64,000 nucleotides of DNA from an uncultured Candidatus Saccharibacteria bacterium (GCA_963528615.1 CAURVB010000001.1:7203-71202), one strand, 5' to 3'; shown: positions 8,809-19,083, counted from the first letter of the stretch. Notes: a model not told the origin generated them from the sequence alone. A program made the numbers and translations.

Positions 8809-11337
8809 TTACAGCATACTCTGGAGTATTCTGAGCTGTTCTTTGGCGGCATCAGTTGCACGTGACGACAATCGTTCATTGGTGAGAATTTCGTCAATAT
8901 TATCCTTAATTGACTGACGTCTTGTAGCGCTAATAATACCACCAGATGGGCTATTAATAGCCTCCATGAGCAATTTAACACCGTCAGCGTCGGTAGAAGC
9001 CAAATCTTCCGCTTTATATTTACCACCCTCCAACCATTCAGAGCAGTATTTCATGAGATCGCCGCGGTTATTGATAGCACCTCTGATAAGGTCGTCAATA
9101 AGCTTACCGCCCATGAACGAAGCCTTATTTTTAACTCCAGAAGCTGCCAATGCTGCCGCCGCTGAGGAATTAAATTCTGGAGGTAATTCACTTAACAATT
9201 GAGCCACTTCTGTTACAGTACCATACTTAATTTGTTCTTCAATCGCCGCCTCACGGACATATATATTTTTACTATCAATAACAGTGCCGTCGGCCGTGGT
9301 GACACTTTTACCCAGAGCCAAGTCTTGTCGTTGTCCGGAACTTAATTTATGGTGTTTCATAATCTGATGAGCTTCCTCGATAGATTTAGAAGTTTCACCT
9401 CTGGTTGTAGAAATAGCGCTTGCCAATGCCGCCTCTTTGCCATATGGGCTAACATTACCAGCAGCCTGATCCTGGAGGGTGCTATTCGATAAGAGGTCTT
9501 CTGCAAATTTCTTATTAAGCTGACGTTGAGCGTTACTCTTGCGCAGCCCCTCTGCTGCTATACTGGTTTCTAGTTCGTTAAATGCATCCATAAGGTCAGA
9601 ATTCTGCTGATGTTGTTTCATATCTCGCTTAATTGACCAGCCAGGAAGTACACCCCGTGAGATACGATCAGGTAAAGATCGCTTCGTACTCATGTCGCTC
9701 GGCCAATATCCCTGAGCTGCCTCTGCGTAGCGGTTGGCGTCTTGCTCGGATAACAATTCAGAGCGTCGAGCTGTTTGTTTGGCTAACAAATCTTCTCGTT
9801 TGTGCTTTGCTGATCCTCTGTAAGAATTCTCAGCTGTTTTTTGTGATCTATCTAGGCGCTCCTTACGTAGTCTACTATTATGATTCGCCCATCGGCGTAA
9901 GCGGTTTGGATCAAACCGCCGCATCTTATCATTGGCTAATTTATTATTTTTCATAGTTTCACGCCAATCTTTAGACCAGTTCTTAGTCCTGTCGTACAGA
10001 CCTTTATTTTTGTCGTTAACAAATCCAGCTACCCTATTTAATACGCCACCACTAAGTTTCAGAATTAGAGGAGTCAGCGCTAGTGGTGCTACCTGCACAA
10101 TCATGCCTAAAATATGCATCATTCCGCCATTTGCTCCAGACGCACTCTGTATAATAATAGTACCAGCTAATTGTGCTCCACCAAACGCCACTGCAAATGC
10201 TGGAAAGAAAATCAGCATTGTTGTAAAGAGGCTGCGCCATTTCTCAAACCATTTCTCTGTTCCTGGTAGTAAATAACAAACAAACGCCAGAGGAGAAATA
10301 ATAATCAAGATAATAATTAATGCCTGTCTTGCAGCCATAATTAAGAGTACTAAGAGTAATGTTAGCCCCAGGCCAACCAAAGCTAGCATTAGCATTGGTA
10401 CCAGCTCCGCTCTAAGTGTAAACGCAGTAGCCACCCCAGCAACCGCTCCAACTCCTAATAGTCCATCAGCTAGCACCGAGCTAGTGACGTCAGTCCAATT
10501 TGTCGGCGAAGTATTCTCGCCCAGCGTGACTACGGTGTTCCTGATGCCCATAAATGCATCTTGTAGAGCATATCCAGCAATATTAGATAGGTCCAGTAAA
10601 ATAGCACAAATAGTAAAAGATAAATTCACCAGTACCGCAGCAATAATCAAGCGTGGTAGTAGTTTTTTAATACCATAATTACTAATACCAATTGACGTCA
10701 TCTGAGAATAAATAATCACTAAGAACGCTACAATAAACGCCACGTTGCTAATGTTGCGCATAATTCCCCACGCCATATAAATGCCGCTGTTTTGGTTAGT
10801 TGTTTCTAGTGGCTGAGTTTTTAAGAACTCTTGAAGTGCACTATACATCCAGTCCATAGATCCCGCCAAGAAATTAGATACAGGACAAATTATCCACCCT
10901 AGACCCTGTACACTACAAGAACTTCCCGTTGAGTTATCAGACGGTGATTCAATCGAGACTGTTGAGGTACTGGTTTGAATATAGCCGTCTGGCGCCACGA
11001 ATGAATAAACTGCGTACGTAGCCGAGCTTAATGAACTAACCTCGCTTGCGGGGAAATAAATTACCCGAACCTCTTTTTTGGCGTTATCTTCGTGTAAAAA
11101 AACAATTGACTTGTCTGGGACTTTTAACTGTTTGATTTTATTATTATCAGTTAGTCTAGTATATTTTTCTTGATTATAAGTTAAGTCGCGGTCATCCCAT
11201 GTTACATCTGCTGCACGGGCAGAGTTTGGCTGTATAAAAGCGTTCATAAAAACGCTCACCAGCAAACCTGCTGTCAGCAACATAAACCACCGCAACCCTG
11301 TGTTAAGAAGTTGCCTACGCGAAATCAACCACTCCAT
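8809..11337 (-). CDS. VirB6/TrbL-like polytopic T4SS membrane protein, paralogue 1
   Basis: GWIICP..WGIMRNISN..YGIKKLLPRLII..LVNLS; ISPLAFVCYLLPGT.KWF; long C-terminal tail. Start taken at ATG 11337 after TGCTACTAT (ORF track start 11355). Confidence 0.7.
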   Translation of the reverse strand: MEWLISRRQLLNTGLRWFMLLTAGLLVSVFMNAFIQPNSARAADVTWDDRDLTYNQEKYTRLTDNNKIKQLKVPDKSIVFLHEDNAKKEVRVIYFPASEVSSLSSATYAVYSFVAPDGYIQTSTSTVSIESPSDNSTGSSCSVQGLGWIICPVSNFLAGSMDWMYSALQEFLKTQPLETTNQNSGIYMAWGIMRNISNVAFIVAFLVIIYSQMTSIGISNYGIKKLLPRLIIAAVLVNLSFTICAILLDLSNIAGYALQDAFMGIRNTVVTLGENTSPTNWTDVTSSVLADGLLGVGAVAGVATAFTLRAELVPMLMLALVGLGLTLLLVLLIMAARQALIIILIIISPLAFVCYLLPGTEKWFEKWRSLFTTMLIFFPAFAVAFGGAQLAGTIIIQSASGANGGMMHILGMIVQVAPLALTPLILKLSGGVLNRVAGFVNDKNKGLYDRTKNWSKDWRETMKNNKLANDKMRRFDPNRLRRWANHNSRLRKERLDRSQKTAENSYRGSAKHKREDLLAKQTARRSELLSEQDANRYAEAAQGYWPSDMSTKRSLPDRISRGVLPGWSIKRDMKQHQQNSDLMDAFNELETSIAAEGLRKSNAQRQLNKKFAEDLLSNSTLQDQAAGNVSPYGKEAALASAISTTRGETSKSIEEAHQIMKHHKLSSGQRQDLALGKSVTTADGTVIDSKNIYVREAAIEEQIKYGTVTEVAQLLSELPPEFNSSAAAALAASGVKNKASFMGGKLIDDLIRGAINNRGDLMKYCSEWLEGGKYKAEDLASTDADGVKLLMEAINSPSGGIISATRRQSIKDNIDEILTNERLSSRATDAAKEQLRILQSML

Positions 11338-11399
11338 TCGTGGATATAGTAGCATTTTTAGGTGAAAAAGTCAAGAGAAGATAATTAGACTAAGGACTA

Positions 11400-14039
11400 T
11401 TACGGTCTATTCTGTCTTTTTGTCTGTTCCTCTACTGCTTTCCTAATATCATCTTGAGAATGGGCGATAAATAGTCCAGAACCTTCGTTATTAGCAGGAG
11501 GAGTATTCTCTGTTCGGCTATTTTTATTCTCCTGGCTAGTTTTAAGCGTATCTGCTATTGATTGTAAAGCTTCTTCTGTTGATTTACTCATAGTAGAGCG
11601 AAGCCTTTCATTATCCAGAATTCTGGACGCTTGTTCAGGACTGAGTTTACTACTATTTATAGCGTTAGCACTTTGTTTAGCGATAGCCTCTCCTGATAGC
11701 TTACTCACGCCTGAAGCGGCAAATTCGCTAAGCTTGCCCGGAGAGAATCCAACTTCCGATGGACCATTTTTTGCCTGCATTTGTCTAAGCGCTTCAGTTC
11801 CAGCTTCGCTAACACCTGCATGAGCTCCCTTCATAGTAGTTAGAGCATCGGCCATTCCAATACTGGTAATTTTTCCTCCACCCTCCAAATATTGAGCCAT
11901 CTGTGTTGCGCCCCATTCACCCTTTTTAGCAAGTTCTTCTGCAGCAATTTTTTGAACGTGCTTGTTTTTACTTTTTAACGCAGCTACAGCATCGCCGTTA
12001 TGTTCATATATGAATGATCGCTGAGCCTCTTCTCTGGCGAATTTATCAGAAGCCTCCTGTGCGGCATTTACTCCTTCTGACAGACCGAAGAATCTACCAG
12101 CTGCACTACTATCAAAAGCTCTTCTAGGGTTCAACGCAATCCCGGCTTTTTGCGCAAGCCAATTGTCGCTCCCCCTAAGACTATCAGCCTTCCTTCCCAG
12201 CCAAGTATTGCCAGATCTTCTGTCTGCCTGCTTCCTAGCTGAACGCATATTCCATCTATTTCTTAAATCTCCGATTCTAGATTTACTAAGAGCCATTCCC
12301 CTCAGTCGTTTATTCGCTAATCCACTCAATCCACTAATTTTTCCTCCGATACTTCCTAGTGAGTTTAGCGAACCTTTCAAGACAAATGGGGTGGTTCCTA
12401 GTGGTATTATAGACGCTCCTAATGCTGCTATCTGCATAGTCTCTTTTGGGTTATCTGGCATGTCTGTAGCTGAAGCGGCTAATATAGCTGCCGCTAGCTT
12501 ACCAGCTCCGTACAAAAGAGAAATTACAGGAAATACTATCAATAATCCTCTGAATATTGATACCCATTTCTTAAATAAATTTTCAGTATTTGGTAAGAGC
12601 CACGTTGCAAATGCTACAGGAGAGATTGCTATTAACAATATAATAGCGGCCTGTCTAGCTATTAATATTATCATAACAACCAACAGGGATAAAAGTAGTG
12701 CCAATAAAGTGGGTATACTTACAGCAAGAAATGCAAACAACGCCAATCCTGTTGCAACTAACGCCGTAGCTAAAATAGAACTAAATGTTCCGTTTGCTGC
12801 TGATTGAGTATCAATTCCTGCTGCCGCCCCCTCGAGGATACCCTTCAAAGAGACTCCTAATATATTAGATAAATCAACTGCCAGCTGGCATATATAAAAA
12901 GATAAATTAACAAGGAGAGCCCCTATTATTAGTCTTGGTAGGATTTTCTTAATTCCATAATTGCTTATACCAATACTACTTACCTGGGAGAAAATTACTG
13001 ATAAAAACACTATAGCGAATATTGCATTTGCAATATCACGAAAAAAATCCCAGGCTTGCTTTAGACCCCCAGAGGTCGAATCATTTTTAAAAATACCGGG
13101 ATCTATAGATAAAAACTGTGATATTGCAGCATATGTAGCATCTCCAATATTGCCCATAAAAGTTATAATAGGACACAGAAGCCAACCGATTCCATCAATG
13201 CCGCAGGAATTTTTTTCCTCATCTTTACTATCATCTGACTTGTTAAGCGCATCCTCGGCTGCTTGTGCGGCTGAGTCTACTTCTTTTTTTACGTCATTCC
13301 ACGCTATAGAATTCATGTTTTGTACAATTTGAGTTCTATCTAGTCCAGACCTTCCACTAATGCAGTCAGTAAAATATCTGTCTTTAGCGTTTGCACTTGT
13401 ATCTCCATTTGTGCGAGAAGACACTGATTCTTCAGCGGAGACTATGCATGTCCCTATCAAATTTTTTGCAAGTCTATTCCTTGCATTTTGGTCGCAATTA
13501 ATACTATCGCCTACAGTCGCACATCCCGCTTCGAGTTTTTCATTATCTGAGAGTCCTTTATACCAAGGACTCTCAGTGATGTTTGGCGTGAGCAGATTTT
13601 CCAAGTTAGACATGTTAGCTTTATTTCCAGCGGCTTCAATCGAGGCTTTTTTTCTGGCATTTTTAATTTGCTCCTCTTTTGACAGCTCTACACACCGCCC
13701 TTGCTGATATGGACCTTCTCCGGACGTAGAACCTTGAACTTGTCGCATAGTGGCTTTATATCCACTGTCACAGTTAAGCTTATCATAGCTAACTCTGTGA
13801 TTGTCTTTACTGCTGTGACACCACCACCATCCTTCATTTCCTTCTCCTTGTGGTGTTTTTTCATATTTTCTGTTTCCATTACCATATTCGGGATTACATA
13901 CGACGGCACCTCCCTTAATAGATTGAGAATTCACATCATCTGCATGTGCAATTGATATTGGCTGTAAAAGTACAAAAATTAGTGAGATGGCTATAGTAAA
14001 TAATGACAATCGCATGGGTCTATCATAAAAATACCGCAT
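11400..14039 (-). CDS. VirB6/TrbL-like polytopic T4SS membrane protein, paralogue 2, with Cys-rich N-terminal domain
   Basis: Same core motifs (GWLLCP, YGIKKILPRLII, ISPVAF..WLLPNT); signal peptide; divergent termini. Confidence 0.7.
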   Translation of the reverse strand: MRYFYDRPMRLSLFTIAISLIFVLLQPISIAHADDVNSQSIKGGAVVCNPEYGNGNRKYEKTPQGEGNEGWWWCHSSKDNHRVSYDKLNCDSGYKATMRQVQGSTSGEGPYQQGRCVELSKEEQIKNARKKASIEAAGNKANMSNLENLLTPNITESPWYKGLSDNEKLEAGCATVGDSINCDQNARNRLAKNLIGTCIVSAEESVSSRTNGDTSANAKDRYFTDCISGRSGLDRTQIVQNMNSIAWNDVKKEVDSAAQAAEDALNKSDDSKDEEKNSCGIDGIGWLLCPIITFMGNIGDATYAAISQFLSIDPGIFKNDSTSGGLKQAWDFFRDIANAIFAIVFLSVIFSQVSSIGISNYGIKKILPRLIIGALLVNLSFYICQLAVDLSNILGVSLKGILEGAAAGIDTQSAANGTFSSILATALVATGLALFAFLAVSIPTLLALLLSLLVVMIILIARQAAIILLIAISPVAFATWLLPNTENLFKKWVSIFRGLLIVFPVISLLYGAGKLAAAILAASATDMPDNPKETMQIAALGASIIPLGTTPFVLKGSLNSLGSIGGKISGLSGLANKRLRGMALSKSRIGDLRNRWNMRSARKQADRRSGNTWLGRKADSLRGSDNWLAQKAGIALNPRRAFDSSAAGRFFGLSEGVNAAQEASDKFAREEAQRSFIYEHNGDAVAALKSKNKHVQKIAAEELAKKGEWGATQMAQYLEGGGKITSIGMADALTTMKGAHAGVSEAGTEALRQMQAKNGPSEVGFSPGKLSEFAASGVSKLSGEAIAKQSANAINSSKLSPEQASRILDNERLRSTMSKSTEEALQSIADTLKTSQENKNSRTENTPPANNEGSGLFIAHSQDDIRKAVEEQTKRQNRP

Positions 14040-14086
14040 ATGCTTGCATTATAGCACATGCGGTATAGCTATAGTAAATAGATGAC

Positions 14087-15028
14087 CTAAAGCGATCCTA
14101 TATTAACTTCTCTTCCGGGATCTAGCTCTCTTGATCCGATACCATACGTGATTTCGTTAACCTCTATTTTGTGCAGGATATTTGACGTGTTGACTTCTAC
14201 GTACATAGTCGTAGGACTAGCGGAAAAACCTCCCTTACTTGATGGTACATGTTTTTCTTCCCCGCCCGCAACAAGTCTAACAACTGAATCTCTTCCTCCG
14301 TTAGCATTAGTAACCACGACAAAATTGCGACTCACGTCAAGAATCTTAGTGTAATCATATAAAAGAGATCGTGCTTCCGTACTGCACACTTCCTTCTTGC
14401 ACGTAGGAGATGTGGGGTTTGATTGCGCCCAATTTCTCCTTATTACATCCAGGAACTTGTCCAATTCTTCAGTCTTTTCTGGATTGAACATAGCTTTGGC
14501 GAGGTTCATTGCTCTTGTATAGTTCGCTTCATCGGAATGGTCGACGCTGAGCATTTGAATTAGTCGTATAATTCTTGTAGCGCTCCACGCCGTTTTCTTT
14601 GTTACAGGATCAGAGGCGGGTGCTTCTCCATTGTCATAATTGTTTTCGATAAACTGATCTAAGATTTTTACCAAATCATCCCTGGAGGCATTCTTGTCAT
14701 CCAATACATTCACGTCGATGTTCTCATAGTTCCAGTCTTTTAAGGGTTTCATCATTTCTTCAACATCAGTTTTTTCAATATCAGTTTTTGTCGGATTTGG
14801 ATGCGGCGGTTCAGCTGCATCTGTAGGATAATAATCTACCGGTGACGGAGGAGTTGCTGTAGTGATGTCCTTATTCGGATCATAACCTTTTGCTCCACAT
14901 CCAGTAACACCTATAGTGACGACAGCTAGTGCACCCATTCCACGCATAAACCTTATAGGAATATTTCTAAGAAACTCTCCAGTCGTATGCTTTGCTGTTT
15001 CAAGAATACCGCTCTTATGTCCTACCAT
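14087..15028 (-). CDS. Hypothetical lipoprotein-like orphan
   Basis: 313-aa ORF; hydrophobic stretch ending in VTGC (lipobox-like), Pro/Thr linker. Confidence 0.6.
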   Translation of the reverse strand: MVGHKSGILETAKHTTGEFLRNIPIRFMRGMGALAVVTIGVTGCGAKGYDPNKDITTATPPSPVDYYPTDAAEPPHPNPTKTDIEKTDVEEMMKPLKDWNYENIDVNVLDDKNASRDDLVKILDQFIENNYDNGEAPASDPVTKKTAWSATRIIRLIQMLSVDHSDEANYTRAMNLAKAMFNPEKTEELDKFLDVIRRNWAQSNPTSPTCKKEVCSTEARSLLYDYTKILDVSRNFVVVTNANGGRDSVVRLVAGGEEKHVPSSKGGFSASPTTMYVEVNTSNILHKIEVNEITYGIGSRELDPGREVNIGSL

Positions 15029-15321
15029 AATGTTTGGAACCCTTCCTCTGACATTGTCAGATATATTTTATAAAACTCCTTAGACCTCTGGTCCAATTGC
15101 CGATATCATAACATAAAAAGTAGAAAAATGCAACAATTAGAACATATTTTCTGTAAATAATCCAGTTTGTGATGGAGTAAACGGCGCAAAGTATTCTTGT
15201 TAGGTGCTGATTTGCTGGAGTAGCTAAATACTTTATGATTTACCGGTTTTGGCCTAGTGAAGCGCCTGTTTTGGTCAACTCTCGTCTGTAGATGTTTATT
15301 ATATAACGGAACAGGTGTAAA

Positions 15322-16458
15322 TTAGCTAAATATATCAAGATAATCTTTGTATACCCATTTTTGCCCGTAGGCAACATCTCTGTTATGTAATGGATATAAA
15401 ATATTTTCATCTACCATTCTCTGGATTATTGTATAGGATCCTGGCTTGGTTGTATTGGTCCAGCTTGCAATTTCCGCAATCCCGACTATAGGCATTGTAT
15501 AAAGATTAGTCAGTACTGACATTGTTGAAGCCGAGGCTCGTTTGCTCATTTTGTGTATTTTTAATAAATCTCTATCTCTTAATTTTATGATCTTTTCACA
15601 AGATTCAATAGAAGATTCGGCGACTTCAATCAGTCCGTCTAGGAAGAATAACAACCACTCCTCAATGTCACCTTCGTGGTAGTTATTGATTTTATCGTAA
15701 TAAAGACTTTGGTGTTTTCTGAAATAGGCAGACAAATATAATACTGGAATATCAAGAGTCTTTTTGAAAAGCAAAAACATTGTAATAAGCATTCTTCCAG
15801 TACGTCCATTACCATCGTTAAAAGGATGGATTGTTTCAAATTGTGCGTGAATTAGGCCTGCCTTTATCAACGGTAGAAAATCATCATCGGCATGAATGAA
15901 ATTTTCTAAATCTCCGAGCGCTCTTTTCATCTCATGAACTGGTGGTGGTACAAATCTGGCGTTGTCTGGCTTGGTTCCTCCAATCCAGTTTTGTGAACGA
16001 CGAAATTCACCAGGATAGGGATTTTGCGTAAAGCGTGCGCCAGCCATTAGCTTGCTGTGTAGTTCTCTTATGAAACGCAGAGAAAATGGCATTGTTTTTG
16101 ATTGTTCTATACCAAAGTTTAAAGCCTTTATATAATGTAGTATGTCATCTACGTCGTCTGGTAGGACACGGGCTTTTTCTATATTTTCGTACTCAATAGA
16201 CTCTTCCATGGTAGCATTTGTGCCTTCTATGGCACTAGAGCTAGAAGCGTCTTTCCGAATAAACATTGTTAGGAAGAGGTCTTTGTCTGGTAGAAATCGA
16301 GTGATTCCATCTAGGACCCCTAATAGGCGAAGCGCTTCATTGTGTTTCGATATCAGTTCTCTAGACGGATGGAAGTCTTCTACTGGCGGGAAATCAGCTG
16401 GAACAAAGGCTTTGAATCCTTGAGGTTGCTGTATATATCTTCCAATAATATTACTCAT
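15322..16458 (-). CDS. fic: Fic family protein (class II, N-terminal inhibitory motif, C-terminal HTH-like region)
   Basis: HPFNDGNGRTGR catalytic motif; SSAIEG inhibitory motif; PGEFRRSQNWIG. Confidence 0.9.
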   Translation of the reverse strand: MSNIIGRYIQQPQGFKAFVPADFPPVEDFHPSRELISKHNEALRLLGVLDGITRFLPDKDLFLTMFIRKDASSSSAIEGTNATMEESIEYENIEKARVLPDDVDDILHYIKALNFGIEQSKTMPFSLRFIRELHSKLMAGARFTQNPYPGEFRRSQNWIGGTKPDNARFVPPPVHEMKRALGDLENFIHADDDFLPLIKAGLIHAQFETIHPFNDGNGRTGRMLITMFLLFKKTLDIPVLYLSAYFRKHQSLYYDKINNYHEGDIEEWLLFFLDGLIEVAESSIESCEKIIKLRDRDLLKIHKMSKRASASTMSVLTNLYTMPIVGIAEIASWTNTTKPGSYTIIQRMVDENILYPLHNRDVAYGQKWVYKDYLDIFS

Positions 16459-16481
16459 TATGCGCTAAATTATAGAAAAAA

Positions 16482-16557
16482 TACTTTAATTTGACAAGAT
16501 GAAATTAAAGTAAAATCGATTTTACTTTAATTTGACAAGATGAAATTAAAGTAAAAT
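16482..16557. repeat. Tandem direct repeat of a 35-bp palindromic unit
   Basis: TACTTTAATTTGACAAGATGAAATTAAAGTAAAAT at 16482-16516 and 16523-16557. Confidence 0.9.
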
Positions 16558-16593
16558 ACAATCCCATAAAAAAACACCCAAATGGGCGAATCG

Positions 16594-16671
16594 TGGCGCG
16601 CTCGACCGGATTCGAACCGGCGATCTCCTCCGTGACAGGGAGGCGTGATAGGCCAACTTCACTACGAGCGC
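16594..16671 (-). tRNA. tRNA-Asp(GTC)
   Basis: Cloverleaf GCGCTCG...CTGTCAC loop...GGTTCGAATCC...CGAGCGCGCCA. Confidence 0.95.
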
Positions 16672-16773
16672 ATAGTACACTCCTATACTACCAGATTATC
16701 TATGCCTTTTCAAGGAAAATATTTGCTTTTTTCGCTTGATTATTTTACAATTTTTGTATAAGAGAAATTTTAT

Positions 16774-17145
16774 ATGACAAAAAGAAATATCATAGCTAGC
16801 GTATTTATAGCGACAGTAGTCATAACGGGAATTGTGGTGACTCAGCCTGCTTTAGCGGCGAATTGCGGTGGCGCGACTACTTCGGTTATATCTTGTGATG
16901 GTGAAGGAAGCACGGCCCTGATTAATATCGTAAAGCAAGTTATTCAAATTTTGACAGCTGGTGTTGGTGTTGCAGCGGTTGGAGCAGTTATTTTTGGCGC
17001 AGTTCTCTACACTACCTCTGAAGGAAGTCCGGATAAAGTTAAGAAAGCGCGGGAAATCTGGACAAATACGGTTATTGGACTACTGATGTTTGCTTTTATG
17101 GTGGCAATTACTAACTTTATTATTCCAGGAGGAGTCTTTAACTAA
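16774..17145 (+). CDS. TrbC/VirB2-like T4SS pilin 1
   Basis: Signal peptide, two TM helices flanking G..YTTS.G.P..V.KA. Confidence 0.8.
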   Translation: MTKRNIIASVFIATVVITGIVVTQPALAANCGGATTSVISCDGEGSTALINIVKQVIQILTAGVGVAAVGAVIFGAVLYTTSEGSPDKVKKAREIWTNTVIGLLMFAFMVAITNFIIPGGVFN

Positions 17146-17561
17146 TGAAAAACATTATAATAGCAATTTTCTTGGTTGTGGTTGGCTCTGTTGGTGCTAA
17201 TGTTACATTTTCTCATAACTCTCTTGCCTGTCCTGACGGTAAGATTTTGACGTTAAAGCCGTGGTATGATGGCCTGTTAGAGAGTGATTGCACCGTCAGA
17301 AGCCCCGGTCATGACACGACTTCTCAGGCTAACTTTATCTGGAAGATTGTTCTTAATATCGTGGAGGATTTACTACAGGTCGTCGGATATGCAACTACTG
17401 GTTATATCATGTATGGCGGTTTTATGATGATGACTAGTAATGGCTCCCCTGATAGGGCGGCTCATGGTCGAAAAACTATCATGAACGCAGCAATTGGTCT
17501 GGTTGTTGCTTTGTCGTCTGTGGCGGTTGTTGGCTTTATTTCATCAAGGATAGGAATATAG
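17145..17561 (+). CDS. TrbC/VirB2-like T4SS pilin 2
   Basis: YGGFMMMTSNGSPDRAAHGRKTIMNAAIGL. Confidence 0.8.
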   Translation: MKNIIIAIFLVVVGSVGANVTFSHNSLACPDGKILTLKPWYDGLLESDCTVRSPGHDTTSQANFIWKIVLNIVEDLLQVVGYATTGYIMYGGFMMMTSNGSPDRAAHGRKTIMNAAIGLVVALSSVAVVGFISSRIGI

Positions 17562-17562
17562 T

Positions 17563-17844
17563 ATGAAATATATAGAGTTTTTTGCTGGTTTGTTGGGTAG
17601 TGCTGGTGAAGTCGGTGTGCCAGATAATCAGGTTAATATTATGAGTATTATCAATTTAGCACTGTGGGCGGCCGGTGTCATCGCGGTGGTTATTGTGATT
17701 ATTGCTGGGATAAATTATTCCCTATCATCCGGCGATCCAACAAAAACCGCCAACGCTAAGAATGCTATTTTATACGCTGTTATTGGCCTGGTGATTATTT
17801 CCAGCGCAATTGCTATAACAAGTTACATTATAGGAAGGGTTTAA
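17563..17844 (+). CDS. TrbC/VirB2-like T4SS pilin 3
   Basis: AGINYSLSSGDPTKTANAKNAILYAVIGL. Confidence 0.8.
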   Translation: MKYIEFFAGLLGSAGEVGVPDNQVNIMSIINLALWAAGVIAVVIVIIAGINYSLSSGDPTKTANAKNAILYAVIGLVIISSAIAITSYIIGRV

Positions 17845-17845
17845 G

Positions 17846-18226
17846 ATGAAAATTGTCACAAAGATTCTGATTGTTGGGATGTTGCTGGTTGGGTTATTTG
17901 GCGTCCTTTCTCCTATTGCTTCAGCCAACAGCGGTATTGATATTTGCTCGGGAGATGGCGCAGGTTCTATTTACTGCGAGAATCGGTCTGATGGTGAAAC
18001 AAAAGTTAACAGTATTGTTGGTAATATTGTCAATGTTCTCTTGATGGCGGTTGGTGTTATCTCTATTATTATGATTGTTGTTGGCGGTATTTTGTTCGCT
18101 CTTTCTAGTGGCGATGCTCAAAAAGCCGCAAAAGCCAGGAATACCGTGTTATATGCGGTAATTGGTTTAGTGGTTTCATTGTTTGCGGCAGCGATTGTTA
18201 ATTTCGTATTTAATAGGTTTAATTAG
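17846..18226 (+). CDS. TrbC/VirB2-like T4SS pilin 4
   Basis: GGILFALSSGDAQKAAKARNTVLYAVIGL. Confidence 0.8.
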   Translation: MKIVTKILIVGMLLVGLFGVLSPIASANSGIDICSGDGAGSIYCENRSDGETKVNSIVGNIVNVLLMAVGVISIIMIVVGGILFALSSGDAQKAAKARNTVLYAVIGLVVSLFAAAIVNFVFNRFN

Positions 18227-18234
18227 GAGGAAAT

Positions 18235-18624
18235 ATGAAAAAAACAGTGGTATCAATAGCAATTATGATCTGCGCAGTCTTTGGGCTGGCAACTTTATCG
18301 ACCGTTTCCTTATCTAATAATGTCTCTGCTCAGGTGTCAGACGGTATTGGTGCTGCCACTACTTCGGAAATGGAAGGCAGAAAAATTGATGGTGATAGTG
18401 GCTTAGTAAAATCAGTCGTCAATATACTCCTATGGGTTATTGGTATTTTGTCGATCATTATGATTATATTTAGCGGTATTCGCTATGTAACCTCGGCTGG
18501 CGATGCCTCAAAAACTAAAGCCGCTCAGAACACGCTCATTTACTCAGTAGTTGGACTAATTGTTGCAATAATGGCATGGGCAATCGTTGATTTGGTTGTG
18601 AATAAATTTGCGTCGGGCTCATAA
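18235..18624 (+). CDS. TrbC/VirB2-like T4SS pilin 5
   Basis: GIRYVTSAGDASKTKAAQNTLIYSVVGL; RBS AGGAGG. Confidence 0.85.
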   Translation: MKKTVVSIAIMICAVFGLATLSTVSLSNNVSAQVSDGIGAATTSEMEGRKIDGDSGLVKSVVNILLWVIGILSIIMIIFSGIRYVTSAGDASKTKAAQNTLIYSVVGLIVAIMAWAIVDLVVNKFASGS

Positions 18625-18688
18625 AGAGTTTTGCAAATAACAGATAAAAATGTATAATAATAACATCATTAAAGAAGGAGAATAAAAC

Positions 18689-19069
18689 ATGAATAAACTG
18701 AAGATGATCTTGGCTGGGCTATTGATTGTACCAACAGTCGCTTTGGCAGTATCACCAACGACTAGTGCTGCCGACTTCACTCTGAGAAGTGGAGTTGATA
18801 ATGCGCAAGGAACGGGTGTTGATAACGTTGCTAAAGACCCTCAGGATTTAGTTAAAAATATTGTTAATATATTCTTGTATGCTGTCGGTGTATTAAGTGT
18901 TATTATGCTTATCTGGGGTGGTATTCGCTATACGACGTCCGCTGGCGATAGTAATAAGGTGACCTCTGCAAAGAATACTGTGTTATACGCAGTCGTTGGC
19001 TTGGTGGTAGCTATTCTAGCCTGGGCAATCGTTAATATGGTTATTACTCGATTTACATCAGGTTCATAA
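18689..19069 (+). CDS. TrbC/VirB2-like T4SS pilin 6 (own promoter, candidate major pilin)
   Basis: GGIRYTTSAGDSNKVTSAKNTVLYAVVGL; TTGCAA..TATAAT and AAGGAG upstream. Confidence 0.85.
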   Translation: MNKLKMILAGLLIVPTVALAVSPTTSAADFTLRSGVDNAQGTGVDNVAKDPQDLVKNIVNIFLYAVGVLSVIMLIWGGIRYTTSAGDSNKVTSAKNTVLYAVVGLVVAILAWAIVNMVITRFTSGS

Positions 19070-19083
19070 TTAGTCCTATTAAG

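Noticed and set aside
15140..15310. Possible small RNA or gene remnant between the lipoprotein and fic
   Set aside because: A TATAAT-like box exists on the minus strand, but I found no convincing ORF, stable structure or terminator.
16482..16557. Mini CRISPR array or dif site
   Set aside because: Only two repeats with a 6-bp gap and no cas genes; the 9-bp spacer and arm sequence do not match the 11-6-11 XerCD dif pattern.
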